Assembly (NCBI GenBank): GCA_035335845.1
Contig: DAOQNB010000001.1
Coordinates: forward strand, 509 to 64,508
Reading direction: 5' to 3'
From: Acidobacteriota bacterium
GTDB taxonomy: Bacteria > Acidobacteriota > Blastocatellia > Chloracidobacteriales > Chloracidobacteriaceae
DNA: 64,000 bases
The notes beneath the pieces are model-generated. The model worked only from the letters and a program-made list of their open reading frames with translations, had not been told where the DNA came from and ran no database searches. Below are positions 48,543 through 56,838 of this stretch, piece by piece; within the stretch, counting starts at the first letter, position 1, and each line of letters opens with the position of its first letter. The translations under genes and the position numbers were made by a program.

Positions 48543-51476
48543 ATGAAACCTGCAGTGAATTCCAAAACACTTTTTGTTGGAATTTCGACTGTCATTTGCC
48601 TGCTTCTGGCATCGCTGAACCTCTTTGAGCGACTGGCCCAAAAACCACTCGCCGATGATGGCGTCATCTGGCAATCGGCTGCCCAGGGACTGCGGGTTCA
48701 GTATGTCCGGCCAGGGAGTGCGGCAGATCGGGCCGGGCTTGTCCCAGGCGATATCCTGCGGGCACTTGATTTTGACGGCCAGCCGATTGCGATTGATGCG
48801 GACTGGCAGGTTCAATACTACCTCGATGAAAAGATCGGAATTGGCGGCAAAGTGACCTATCTGGTTGAATGCTTCAACCCCCTTGGCCTGAGCAAAGGAT
48901 TGTGGGCGGCTGAACTCTATGATATTGGCACTCAGCCCTCCCGGTTTACGATTGACCTGTACCTGGGTTTTATCGGACTCATCTATCTCCTCATCGGGCT
49001 GTTTGTTTTTCACAAACAGGATCACACTCCACAAACCCTTCACTTCTATTTTATCTGCCTCCTGTCATTCCTCTACCTGGTCCTGAGCCCAAGCGGCGAC
49101 TTCGACTGGTTTGATAAACTGGTCTCACTCATCGATAATGCCGCCCTCACCCTGCTCTGTCCCGTCTTTCTTCATTTTTGCTCTCAGTTTCCACGTCCCA
49201 GCCCCTGGCTTGAAAAACACCCATGGGCCACTCGCATCCTCTATGTCCCGGCCCTCTTTTTGATCGGTCTGGAAATCACCCACCTCACCCTCGGCAAAGA
49301 GAACCTGAATTTGTTGGAGATCCGCCCCTGGCTCAACACCGCCGAAATCGCTCATTTTACCCTGTTCTTTATCTCAAGCGCCTCAGTCGTAATTGTCACC
49401 TTTACCCAAACCCGCGCCAGTATGCTCCGTCAGCAAATTAAGTGGATTGTGTGGGGGTTGAGCCTGGGTATTTTCCCCTGGACCATTTTCTATGCCTATC
49501 CCTATCTCGCTGGCATCGGCATTACCCCGCTGATGACCGCCCTTGCCGTCGGCCCTACGGTCTTTATTCCACTCGCCTTTGGGTATTCGATTGTTCGCTA
49601 TCGGTTAATGGATGTTGACATCATTGTCCGGCGGAGCATGACATATGCACTTGCCACATTATCCGTGATCGTCCTCTTCATGCTTGGCGTCGTCAAATCG
49701 GCTGAATGGACTCGCGAGCTGTTTCCTTCCATTTCAAATTCAGCCATGACCGTCCTCCAGGTGGCGGTCATGTCCTGTGGCGCCATGCTTTATTCACCAC
49801 TCAAAAACTGGCTCCAGGAACGCATCGACCGGATGTTCTACGGCGATAAATACAACTACCGCCGCGGAATTGCCGACTTTGGCCGAACCCTCTCCACCAC
49901 CACCTCACTTCCTGACCTGCTTGATGCGGTGGCCGATCGGCTCACGGAAATGCTGGCCGTCGATGACCTGGCCATTTTTGTCCAGGCCAATCCCCACACC
50001 CACCCACTCTTCCGACTGGCCTATGCCAAAGGCAATGCCCTGGTTGATTCGCTTCCCCCTGAAGTAGATCGGTTTTTACGTCAATACATTTCTCACCAGA
50101 CCCTTTCGCTCCGCAGCGGGCGCATTTCCCGCACCTATATCAACCCCGAAGGCACGCCTCTTACATCACCGGAGTATGATCGCAGCACCCCAGCCGTACT
50201 CTCTCATTTCCTCCCCTGCATTGTTCGCGATCAAATCGTCGCCGTCATCGGACTCGGGCGCACCCAGGATCGAACCCTGTTAAGCTCTGAAGACCTTGAT
50301 TTACTCTACTCGCTGACCCCCTATGTGGCCGTCGCCATTGAAAACAGCCTGCTCTATCAATCCGAGTTGGAACGAACCCAGGAGCTGGCACTCCTCAAGG
50401 AATTTAACGAAAATATCATCGAAAGCATCAATGTCGGCATTCTCACCGTTGACCCCCAGGGCCTGATCACCAATTGTAACAGCGCCTTTGAAGAACTCTT
50501 CTCGGTCAGTCGCGAACAGGCCGAAGGCCAATCCGTCGAACAACTCTTTGATGCTGATCTGGTTCAAACCATGCGCGATGTGACGGGAAGCGTGAGCTGG
50601 GCGCTCTCTGATGTGCGCAATATCTACCGGTATCGGGCCACCACCCGCACTGAGGAACCACTGGTTCTCAATATCAACCTCTCCCCCCTGAAGACCAAAG
50701 ATGAAGCCGTCACTGGCGCCTTGATTGCCTTCGAAGACATTACCAGCCGGGTCCGGCTCGAAGAACAACTCCGTGAAAACGACAAATTATCGTCCATTGG
50801 CTTGCTGGCTGCCGGTGTCGCCCACGAGGTCAATACACCATTGACCGGTATCTCCAGCTATACCCAGATGCTGCTGACCCAAACCCCATCCTCCGATGTC
50901 AAGCACTCCATTCTGGAAAAAATCCACCGTCAGACCATTCGTGCCTCAGATATCGTCAATAACCTCCTGAATTTTTCGCGAACCGGAAACGCCAGCTTTT
51001 CACAACTCAGCATCGCCAAACTGCTCGACGATACCTTGCAGTTGCTTGAACTTCAAATTCGCAATACCCGCATTGAAATCGTTCGTGAGTATAGCCATAC
51101 CCTGCCACCGGTCCTCGGTCAGGCCGGCAAGCTCCAGCAGGTCTTTCTCAACCTGATTCTCAATGCCCGCGACGCCATGCCCGACGGAGGCACCCTGCGT
51201 ATCTCAGCTTCTGTCCACGAAGACTCACTGGTTGTTGACTTTGCCGATACCGGTGAAGGAATCCCCTCTGAATACATCGCCAAAATTTATGACCCCTTCT
51301 TCACCACCAAAGAAGTAGGGCGTGGGACAGGCCTCGGCCTGGCCGTCAGCTATGGCATCATTCAGGAACATTCTGGCCGGATCTTTGTGGAGAGTGAACC
51401 CGGCCATGGCACCTGTTTTCGGGTCAAACTCCCCTGCCAGGTACACCACGCCTCATTTCAGGCAGTTGGAGATTAG
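48543..51476 (+). CDS. multi-domain sensor histidine kinase (PDZ-like, polytopic membrane module, GAF, PAS, HisKA, HATPase)
   Basis: The PDZ-like region is VRPGSAADRAGLVPGDIL. It is followed by about 8 TM helices, a PAS region (NVGILTVDPQGLITNCNSAFEELF), the H-box AAGVAHEVNTPLTGI, and the N/G boxes LNLILNARDAMPDGG, DTGEGIP and GTGLGLAVS. Confidence 0.88.
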   Translation: MKPAVNSKTLFVGISTVICLLLASLNLFERLAQKPLADDGVIWQSAAQGLRVQYVRPGSAADRAGLVPGDILRALDFDGQPIAIDADWQVQYYLDEKIGIGGKVTYLVECFNPLGLSKGLWAAELYDIGTQPSRFTIDLYLGFIGLIYLLIGLFVFHKQDHTPQTLHFYFICLLSFLYLVLSPSGDFDWFDKLVSLIDNAALTLLCPVFLHFCSQFPRPSPWLEKHPWATRILYVPALFLIGLEITHLTLGKENLNLLEIRPWLNTAEIAHFTLFFISSASVVIVTFTQTRASMLRQQIKWIVWGLSLGIFPWTIFYAYPYLAGIGITPLMTALAVGPTVFIPLAFGYSIVRYRLMDVDIIVRRSMTYALATLSVIVLFMLGVVKSAEWTRELFPSISNSAMTVLQVAVMSCGAMLYSPLKNWLQERIDRMFYGDKYNYRRGIADFGRTLSTTTSLPDLLDAVADRLTEMLAVDDLAIFVQANPHTHPLFRLAYAKGNALVDSLPPEVDRFLRQYISHQTLSLRSGRISRTYINPEGTPLTSPEYDRSTPAVLSHFLPCIVRDQIVAVIGLGRTQDRTLLSSEDLDLLYSLTPYVAVAIENSLLYQSELERTQELALLKEFNENIIESINVGILTVDPQGLITNCNSAFEELFSVSREQAEGQSVEQLFDADLVQTMRDVTGSVSWALSDVRNIYRYRATTRTEEPLVLNINLSPLKTKDEAVTGALIAFEDITSRVRLEEQLRENDKLSSIGLLAAGVAHEVNTPLTGISSYTQMLLTQTPSSDVKHSILEKIHRQTIRASDIVNNLLNFSRTGNASFSQLSIAKLLDDTLQLLELQIRNTRIEIVREYSHTLPPVLGQAGKLQQVFLNLILNARDAMPDGGTLRISASVHEDSLVVDFADTGEGIPSEYIAKIYDPFFTTKEVGRGTGLGLAVSYGIIQEHSGRIFVESEPGHGTCFRVKLPCQVHHASFQAVGD

Positions 51477-51740
51477 GAGGACTGGAGCTGGGGGCTGAAA
51501 TACTCGGGCTGAAAGTCTCGCAAGCTCGGGGCTCAAGAAAACGGGGAGACAGAGTCCGTAACCCGCTGTCTTCCGCCCCAGATCTTAAGGCGTTTCGATT
51601 AGACTTTTCAGAAGGGTTGGTTTATAACTTGCGGCTTGTTTCGCTCGATCCATCGATCTCGTTTCTCGATAGACCAACTCCGACAATCCAAATTTTCCTT
51701 TCGTGGAATGGGGCTTCCCCCCCGGTTCCCTTGCTGGTGC

Positions 51741-52727
51741 ATGAAAAAAAGTCCATTACTCAAACTCAAACAAAAATTGCGGGAAGCCCACCTGGTAGCC
51801 AAAGGGCTTCTTTCAACCTCTCATCCCATTCTGGTTCATATCATCCCAATGCGCCGGTGTAATCTGGCCTGCACCTATTGCAATGAATACGATAAGACTT
51901 CTGATCCTGTCCCATTGGATGTGATGTACCGCCGAATCGACAAACTGGCCGAACTGGGCACCACCATTGTCACCGAAAGTGGGGGTGAACCCATGATGCA
52001 TCCCAATATCTACGACATCATTGCCCGGGTTCGTCAACACGGAATGATGTCTGGCATTATTACCAATGGGTATTATCTCTCACCTGAGCGCATCAAGTTG
52101 CTCAATGAAGCTGGCCTGGAATACCTTCAAATCAGTATCGATAATGTCACTCCGGACGAAGTTTCCCAGAAAAGCCTGAAGGTTTTGGATAAAAAATTAC
52201 AAAACCTCGCTCAGTACGCTCAATTTGAGGTCAATATCAATTCGGTCATTGGCGGTGGAATCAAAAATCCGCAGGACGCCATTACCGTTGGTCGTCGAGC
52301 CGCGGAACTCGGGTTTTCAGTCTCGGTTGGCATCATTCATGATGGCCACGGTCATCTCAAGCCACTCACCCCCGACGAAGCCGAAGTGTACCGGCAACTG
52401 AAAAAAATCGGAAAGTCCGGCCATTCTCAAATTACTCAATTTCAGGATGCCCTGGCCGAAGGACGCCCCAACCAGTGGAAATGTCGAGCTGGCGCCCGGT
52501 ACCTCTACATCTGTGAAGATGGGCTGGTTCACTATTGCTCCCAACAACGAGGCTACCCTGGAATCCCCCTTGAAAATTACACCCGTGACGATATTATCCG
52601 CGAGTACAATACCCCGAAACCCTGTGCCGATTACTGCACGATTGCCTGTGTTCACAAAGTCTCGAAAATGGATTTCTGGCGTGACCCTCAATATCATCAA
52701 CCAACCATGGTTGAAACCGGAAAATAG
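51741..52727 (+). CDS. radical SAM protein with a SPASM/twitch-like C-terminal Cys region
   Basis: [14 protein letters not shown] (CxxxCxxC) and [10 protein letters not shown], with C-terminal cysteines [21 protein letters not shown]...[11 protein letters not shown]. The ATG at 51741 is preferred over the track start at 51636. Confidence 0.85.
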   Translation: MKKSPLLKLKQKLREAHLVAKGLLSTSHPILVHIIPMRRCNLACTYCNEYDKTSDPVPLDVMYRRIDKLAELGTTIVTESGGEPMMHPNIYDIIARVRQHGMMSGIITNGYYLSPERIKLLNEAGLEYLQISIDNVTPDEVSQKSLKVLDKKLQNLAQYAQFEVNINSVIGGGIKNPQDAITVGRRAAELGFSVSVGIIHDGHGHLKPLTPDEAEVYRQLKKIGKSGHSQITQFQDALAEGRPNQWKCRAGARYLYICEDGLVHYCSQQRGYPGIPLENYTRDDIIREYNTPKPCADYCTIACVHKVSKMDFWRDPQYHQPTMVETGK

Positions 52728-52733
52728 CTCTTT

Positions 52734-52953
52734 GAATGAAGAATTGAGAATGAAGAATGAAGAATGAAGAATGAAGAATGAAGAACGTGGTGAGCGGATA
52801 GTTGTTTCGTATCTGGTGCTTCGTATCTGGAGACATCAATATGTTCCAAGAACCAACCGCTTTCTTCATTCTCAATTCTTCATTCTTCATTCTCAATTCT
52901 TCATTCTTCATTCTCAATTCTTCATTCCCAATTCTTCATTCTTCATTTCATTC
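52734..52953. repeat. inverted arms made of tandem heptanucleotide repeats (GAATGAA/GAATTGA and their complement) around a 76-nt spacer
   Basis: The left arm (52734-52785) has about 7.4 heptads. The right arm (about 52862-52953) has about 12-13 complementary heptads with a 21-nt super-period (TTCATTC TTCATTC TCAATTC). The spacer contains the direct repeat TTCGTATCTGG at 52806-52816 and 52820-52830. Confidence 0.9.
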
Positions 52954-52956
52954 CCC

Positions 52957-53038
52957 GGCCCGGTGGTGGAATTGGTAGACACGCAGGTCTTAGAAGCCTG
53001 TCTTGCAAGAGGTGTGGGTTCGAGTCCCACCCGGGTCA
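52957..53038 (+). tRNA. tRNA-Leu, anticodon UAG
   Basis: I folded it by hand. The acceptor stem is GGCCCGG/CCGGGTC (one G-U pair) and the D stem is GTG/CAC. The anticodon stem CAGGT/GCCTG carries the loop CTTAGAA. The variable arm is 13 nt (type II). The T arm is GTGGG-TTCGAGT-CCCAC and the discriminator is A. CCA is not encoded. Confidence 0.9.
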
Positions 53039-53216
53039 TCACACCACAATCAGACTGATGCCAGTTCAGGGTTGAAAAAACTGTTCGTTGAAAACAAAAG
53101 ACTTATCAAAATCTCAAGTTTTAGACGTTCAATCTGCCGTCTGTAAGTTGTTGATTTTGAAGTCTCAATTTCAACCCTTAATTCGCACGACTGAAGCGCC
53201 TCGCGTCATCATTGCG

Positions 53217-54110
53217 TTATCCCCTGCGCATTCTGGACTGTAATTCTTCAGCCCGTGACTTCTCGCGTAATGCCTGAGCCTGGGCAGTCGCCATGGCGGT
53301 TCGCTCCCGTGCCAGTTGCTCTAAGAGTTGTTGATTGCGTTTTTCGAGCGCTTCAATCCGACCTCCAGTATTTTGCCCCTTGACTTCATCCAACCTGGCC
53401 AGTGCTTCGGCATATTCCCGCTGTACTTTTTCGAACTTGAGGACCAGGCTGTCTTTTTCAGACCGCTCAGCCTCCAGGGCTCGTTCCAGCGAAAGGACCA
53501 GCGAGGCACTTTGCGCGGCCCGGGTCTGGGCCTCGATTGATTTACGTTCTTCTTCATTGGCCCGGGTTTGAGCCAGCAATAACTGCCGCTGAAGTTCTTC
53601 TTTTTCTTGTTGAAGATCAAACGTATGATTTTTCAACCGCTGGTTTTCTCCCTGTAACAGCTCGCACTCGCCAGCCACCCGATCCAACTGAAGTTGGAGT
53701 TCCCTCGCCGACGTCTCCAGTTCCTGAACCCGATCCTCAGCCTCGTTGGCTTCGAGCACCTGGGTCATCACCACCGAGTCAACTTCCTGCTGCACCCACG
53801 TGTATGCCGCAAAAGAGACCTCACGGGCAAAAGTCTGTGTTACCTGCTGAAACCAATCAGGAACTTTTCCCTCCCACTCCTCCTTCTTTTTGTTTTCAGG
53901 CAGTGGAGATCGGAGTGGTTCACGATTTCGGACAGTCTGTCCCACGCCAGCCTCAGGTTCTTCAGAAGCCAGTTTTTGAATAAATTTTTGGATTGTGGAG
54001 TATGAACCGCGTCCAACCTCAGTTCGAATGTTCAGGATTGTGACTGGCACCTGAGCTGTTTTTAACCGTTCGACCGCATCAATAAATTCTTCCCAGGTTA
54101 GTTTGGCCAT
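53217..54110 (-). CDS. KfrA-N-like DNA-binding protein with a long coiled-coil
   Basis: From the ATG at 54110 the protein reads MAKLTWEEFIDAVERLKTAQVPVTILNIRTEVGRGSYSTIQKFIQKL, a KfrA N-terminal HTH-like pattern. About 200 aa of E/Q/R/L-rich heptad coiled-coil follow. The track start at 54164 is TTG. Confidence 0.6.
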   Translation of the reverse strand: MAKLTWEEFIDAVERLKTAQVPVTILNIRTEVGRGSYSTIQKFIQKLASEEPEAGVGQTVRNREPLRSPLPENKKKEEWEGKVPDWFQQVTQTFAREVSFAAYTWVQQEVDSVVMTQVLEANEAEDRVQELETSARELQLQLDRVAGECELLQGENQRLKNHTFDLQQEKEELQRQLLLAQTRANEEERKSIEAQTRAAQSASLVLSLERALEAERSEKDSLVLKFEKVQREYAEALARLDEVKGQNTGGRIEALEKRNQQLLEQLARERTAMATAQAQALREKSRAEELQSRMRRG

Positions 54111-54657
54111 AGCGGATTTGCACTCAATTCCTTTTCTGTTCAAGGTAATTCTACTATTTTGCAATAAATACCCCGTATTACGGGAAGGCTAAATCATTGG
54201 AATACTTGTATTTTCCTCAATCCTTAGCCCAATGCCCTCAGCCCCAAATGATAGTATCGTACCCGGTCATACGATCTCCATTTCGCCTGGCACTTGCCGA
54301 TGATTCCATAAATGTAATTACAGACGCAACCGTAAATTCTGAAGGAGGGCAATCACTGACAACGTCCAGTCAAGGCGTCTGAGACGTTGATCCACCAGCC
54401 GGTGGGTATCGGATGGCGAAAAATCATTGCTGCAACCCTTCAGAATGGATATTGTTTCGCCTCCCGACCTGATACTGGGCGGGAGATCACACCAACCGGT
54501 TCGCGGTCACGACCTTCCACTCTGGCGACTTCATTTGGAACTGGAAAAATGATTCCCCCGAAAGAGTGTCCCGGTGCTTCAGAACCTCAACCCCGCGAGA
54601 CCGCACTGATTTTACTTTCTTATACCAACTTTTAAGCTCACAAGGAGAATCCACACT

Positions 54658-55191
54658 ATGCTGCAAGTCGGTCAGAAAGCTCCCGATTTCAATATGGCCA
54701 GCACGAAAGACCTTAATACTCTGGCTGAAAATGTAAAACTATCGGATTACGCCGGAAAATGGCTGGTCCTCTTTTTCTACCCACTTGACTTCACCTTTGT
54801 CTGTCCCACTGAAGTAACTGGATTTAGTGATCGAGTCAGTGAATTCCATGATCTTGGCGCCGAAGTGGTGGCGGTCAGCACGGACAGCGTGTACTCACAT
54901 CGGGCCTGGATCGAAACCTCACGTGAGAAAAATGGGGTCGGGCCGATCAACTTCCCACTCGCCAGCGACATTACCAAACAGGTTTCCCGCGATTTTGGGG
55001 TCCTGATCGAAGACCGCGGCATTGCCCTGCGTGGGTTGTTCATTATTGATCCCAATGGCGTCCTCCAGTATCAGGTCGTCCACTCACTCAACATTGGTCG
55101 CAACGTTGACGAAGCCCTCCGGGTCCTGGAAGCCTTACAATCCGGGGAACGCTGCCCAATCAACTGGAAACGCGGTCAATCACATATCTAG
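54658..55191 (+). CDS. 2-Cys peroxiredoxin (AhpC/TSA family)
   Basis: WLVLFFYPLDFTFVCPTE carries the peroxidatic Cys, and a C-terminal Cys lies in GERCPINW. AAGGAG lies upstream. Confidence 0.92.
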   Translation: MLQVGQKAPDFNMASTKDLNTLAENVKLSDYAGKWLVLFFYPLDFTFVCPTEVTGFSDRVSEFHDLGAEVVAVSTDSVYSHRAWIETSREKNGVGPINFPLASDITKQVSRDFGVLIEDRGIALRGLFIIDPNGVLQYQVVHSLNIGRNVDEALRVLEALQSGERCPINWKRGQSHI

Positions 55192-55393
55192 CAGGGCTAA
55201 GGGCTTGGGGCTTGAAGACATCGGGCGGGACTGCGGATACCTGTTTGCTTGTGCCCCGAGCCCTCATCTGTGGTATACTGGCCAGTTTTTGCCCGACGCC
55301 TGGGTAAAAACCTGAGTATTGCACCGGGCTGAAGTTCGAGCGCTCCAGTTCACCACCCTCAACCATCATTCCCGACTCTCAATCTGATTTCAT

Positions 55394-55669
55394 ATGAAAG
55401 CTACTGTTCACGTAACCCTCAAACCTGGAGTTCTTGACCCCCAAGGACAGGCCATTCACCACGCGGCTGAAACACTCGGCTACCAGGCAATTGCCGCCAT
55501 TCGCCAGGGAAAATTTTTTGAAATCTCAATCGCAGATGGCGTTTCGCCTGAAACCGCGCAGGCTGAAGTTGAAAAACTGGCCCATGAGGTTCTCTCCAAT
55601 CCAGTCATTGAAGACTTCACGGTCTCAATCGGACCACTTCAGCCAGCCATTCCAGGAGGCCAGGCATGA
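55394..55669 (+). CDS. purS: phosphoribosylformylglycinamidine synthase subunit PurS
   Basis: 91 aa, with [15 protein letters not shown]...L. The gene overlaps purQ by 4 nt (ATGA). Confidence 0.9.
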   Translation: MKATVHVTLKPGVLDPQGQAIHHAAETLGYQAIAAIRQGKFFEISIADGVSPETAQAEVEKLAHEVLSNPVIEDFTVSIGPLQPAIPGGQA

Positions 55670-56379
55670 AATTCGGGGTACTTGTTTTTCCTGGGTCAAA
55701 CTGCGACCACGACACCTATCACGTCATCAGTAAAGTCATTGGCCAGCCGGTTCAATTTATCTGGCATCGGAATACAACCCTGAACGGATGCGATGTCGTG
55801 TTCCTGCCGGGCGGGTTTTCCTATGGGGATTATCTGCGATGTGGCGCTATCGCCAGCTTTTCACCAATTATGCAGGCGGTGAAAGAATTTGCCGCCCAGG
55901 GCGGCTATGTTGTTGGCATTTGCAATGGATTTCAAATTTTATGTGAATCCAAATTACTTCCCGGAACGTTGCTCCGCAACCGTGACCTGAAGTTCACCTG
56001 CCAGTTTACACACCTGCGCGTTGAAAATAATTTAACCCCCTTTACACGCAATTGTTTGCCATCGAGTGTCCTGTCACTGCCAATTGCCCATGGCGAGGGA
56101 AATTATTTCTGTACGGCGGAAGAATTATCAGACATGCAGGCTCATCAACAGGTCGTTTTCCGCTACGCCACCCCAGAAGGTCACATTACAGATGAAGCCA
56201 ACCCCAACGGCTCACTCGACAATATTGCCGGGATTATCAATCGTGCCGGGAATGTACTCGGAATGATGCCCCACCCCGAGCGGGCCTGTGAAGAAAGTCT
56301 GGGTGGAAGTCAGGGTTTGAGAATCTTTGACTCCCTCCTCACCTCAGTCATCGAACGCCTCAAAGCCCGCGATGCCTGA
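55666..56379 (+). CDS. purQ: phosphoribosylformylglycinamidine synthase glutaminase subunit PurQ
   Basis: [16 protein letters not shown], the nucleophile in GICNGFQIL and MMPHPER. Confidence 0.93.
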   Translation: MKFGVLVFPGSNCDHDTYHVISKVIGQPVQFIWHRNTTLNGCDVVFLPGGFSYGDYLRCGAIASFSPIMQAVKEFAAQGGYVVGICNGFQILCESKLLPGTLLRNRDLKFTCQFTHLRVENNLTPFTRNCLPSSVLSLPIAHGEGNYFCTAEELSDMQAHQQVVFRYATPEGHITDEANPNGSLDNIAGIINRAGNVLGMMPHPERACEESLGGSQGLRIFDSLLTSVIERLKARDA

Positions 56380-56391
56380 CTCTGGTATGGC

Positions 56392-56439
56392 CGGGAGAGC
56401 AGATGACAGGCTCTGCTTTGCCTGTCATCTGGTCTCCCG
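56392..56439 (+). terminator. long hairpin after purQ
   Basis: CGGGAGAGCAGATGACAGGC-tctgcttt-GCCTGTCATCTGGTCTCCCG forms a 20-bp stem with one mismatch. The following tract is only CTTCTTCT, so terminator function is not certain. Confidence 0.5.
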
Positions 56440-56838
56440 CTTCTTCTGTCACCTGTTATGCTATCCCTCTGCCAGTTGATCTTTCTCTTGGTTGCTGGAA
56501 TAAAGCCGCAGGCTTTGAAATTTTTCTTCATGACAAGAGAAAGCCACTACGGTATGCTCTCGGTGAAAAAATACCGCTGATTGATCACCCCCACAGCACC
56601 ATTCCTCTCTTATCCAGATTGCTGTGGAAGTCTTCACCCAAACCAACCAAACCGAATTCTTTCTCTTGAAAACCACTTGCTCCTGAACGCGGTATGGTCG
56701 CTGGCTTTGACCTCCCATTGTAAGCCCTGACCACGCACCAGGAATGGTTCTTCAACCCGGCCAGGCAGCCCACACACCGTCTGCCTTCGGCTCAGAAGTC
56801 ACACCTTCAGCTCAACAAACCAAAGAGGACGAATTGTT

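Noticed and set aside
51409-51425. Sigma-54 promoter-like TGGCACCTGTTTTCG inside the 3' end of the sensor kinase gene. Other TGGCAC occurrences are at 35216, 44938 and 54293.
   Set aside because: None has the required GG-N10-GC spacing with a TTGC -12 element (here it is TTCG). All but the one at 54293, which is intergenic, lie inside coding sequence.
52734-52953. Possible CRISPR array.
   Set aside because: The repeat unit is only 7 nt and is strictly tandem, with no unique spacers. The two blocks are inverted relative to each other, and there are no cas genes in the window.
52594-53058. ORFs encoding NEELRMKNEELRMK (minus strand) and HSQFFILHSQFFIL (plus strand) peptide repeats.
   Set aside because: They are translations of the heptanucleotide DNA repeat. 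The plus-strand ORF reads straight through the tRNA-Leu gene, and the minus-strand ORF overlaps the 3' end of the radical SAM gene. There is no independent coding signal.
55223-55304. ZTP (pfl) riboswitch-like element upstream of purS. CGCCTGGG at 55297-55304 matches the conserved 3' CCGCCUGGGC box, and GGGCGGGACTGCGG at 55223-55236 vaguely resembles the GGGUCGUGACUGGCG 5' sub-domain.
   Set aside because: The 5' sub-domain does not fit the consensus I remember (GACUGGCG and GGGAGCGACC are not reproduced). A good extended -10 candidate (TGGTATACT, 55271-55279) lies between the two halves, which would exclude the 5' part from the transcript. An Infernal scan with the Rfam pfl model would settle the question.
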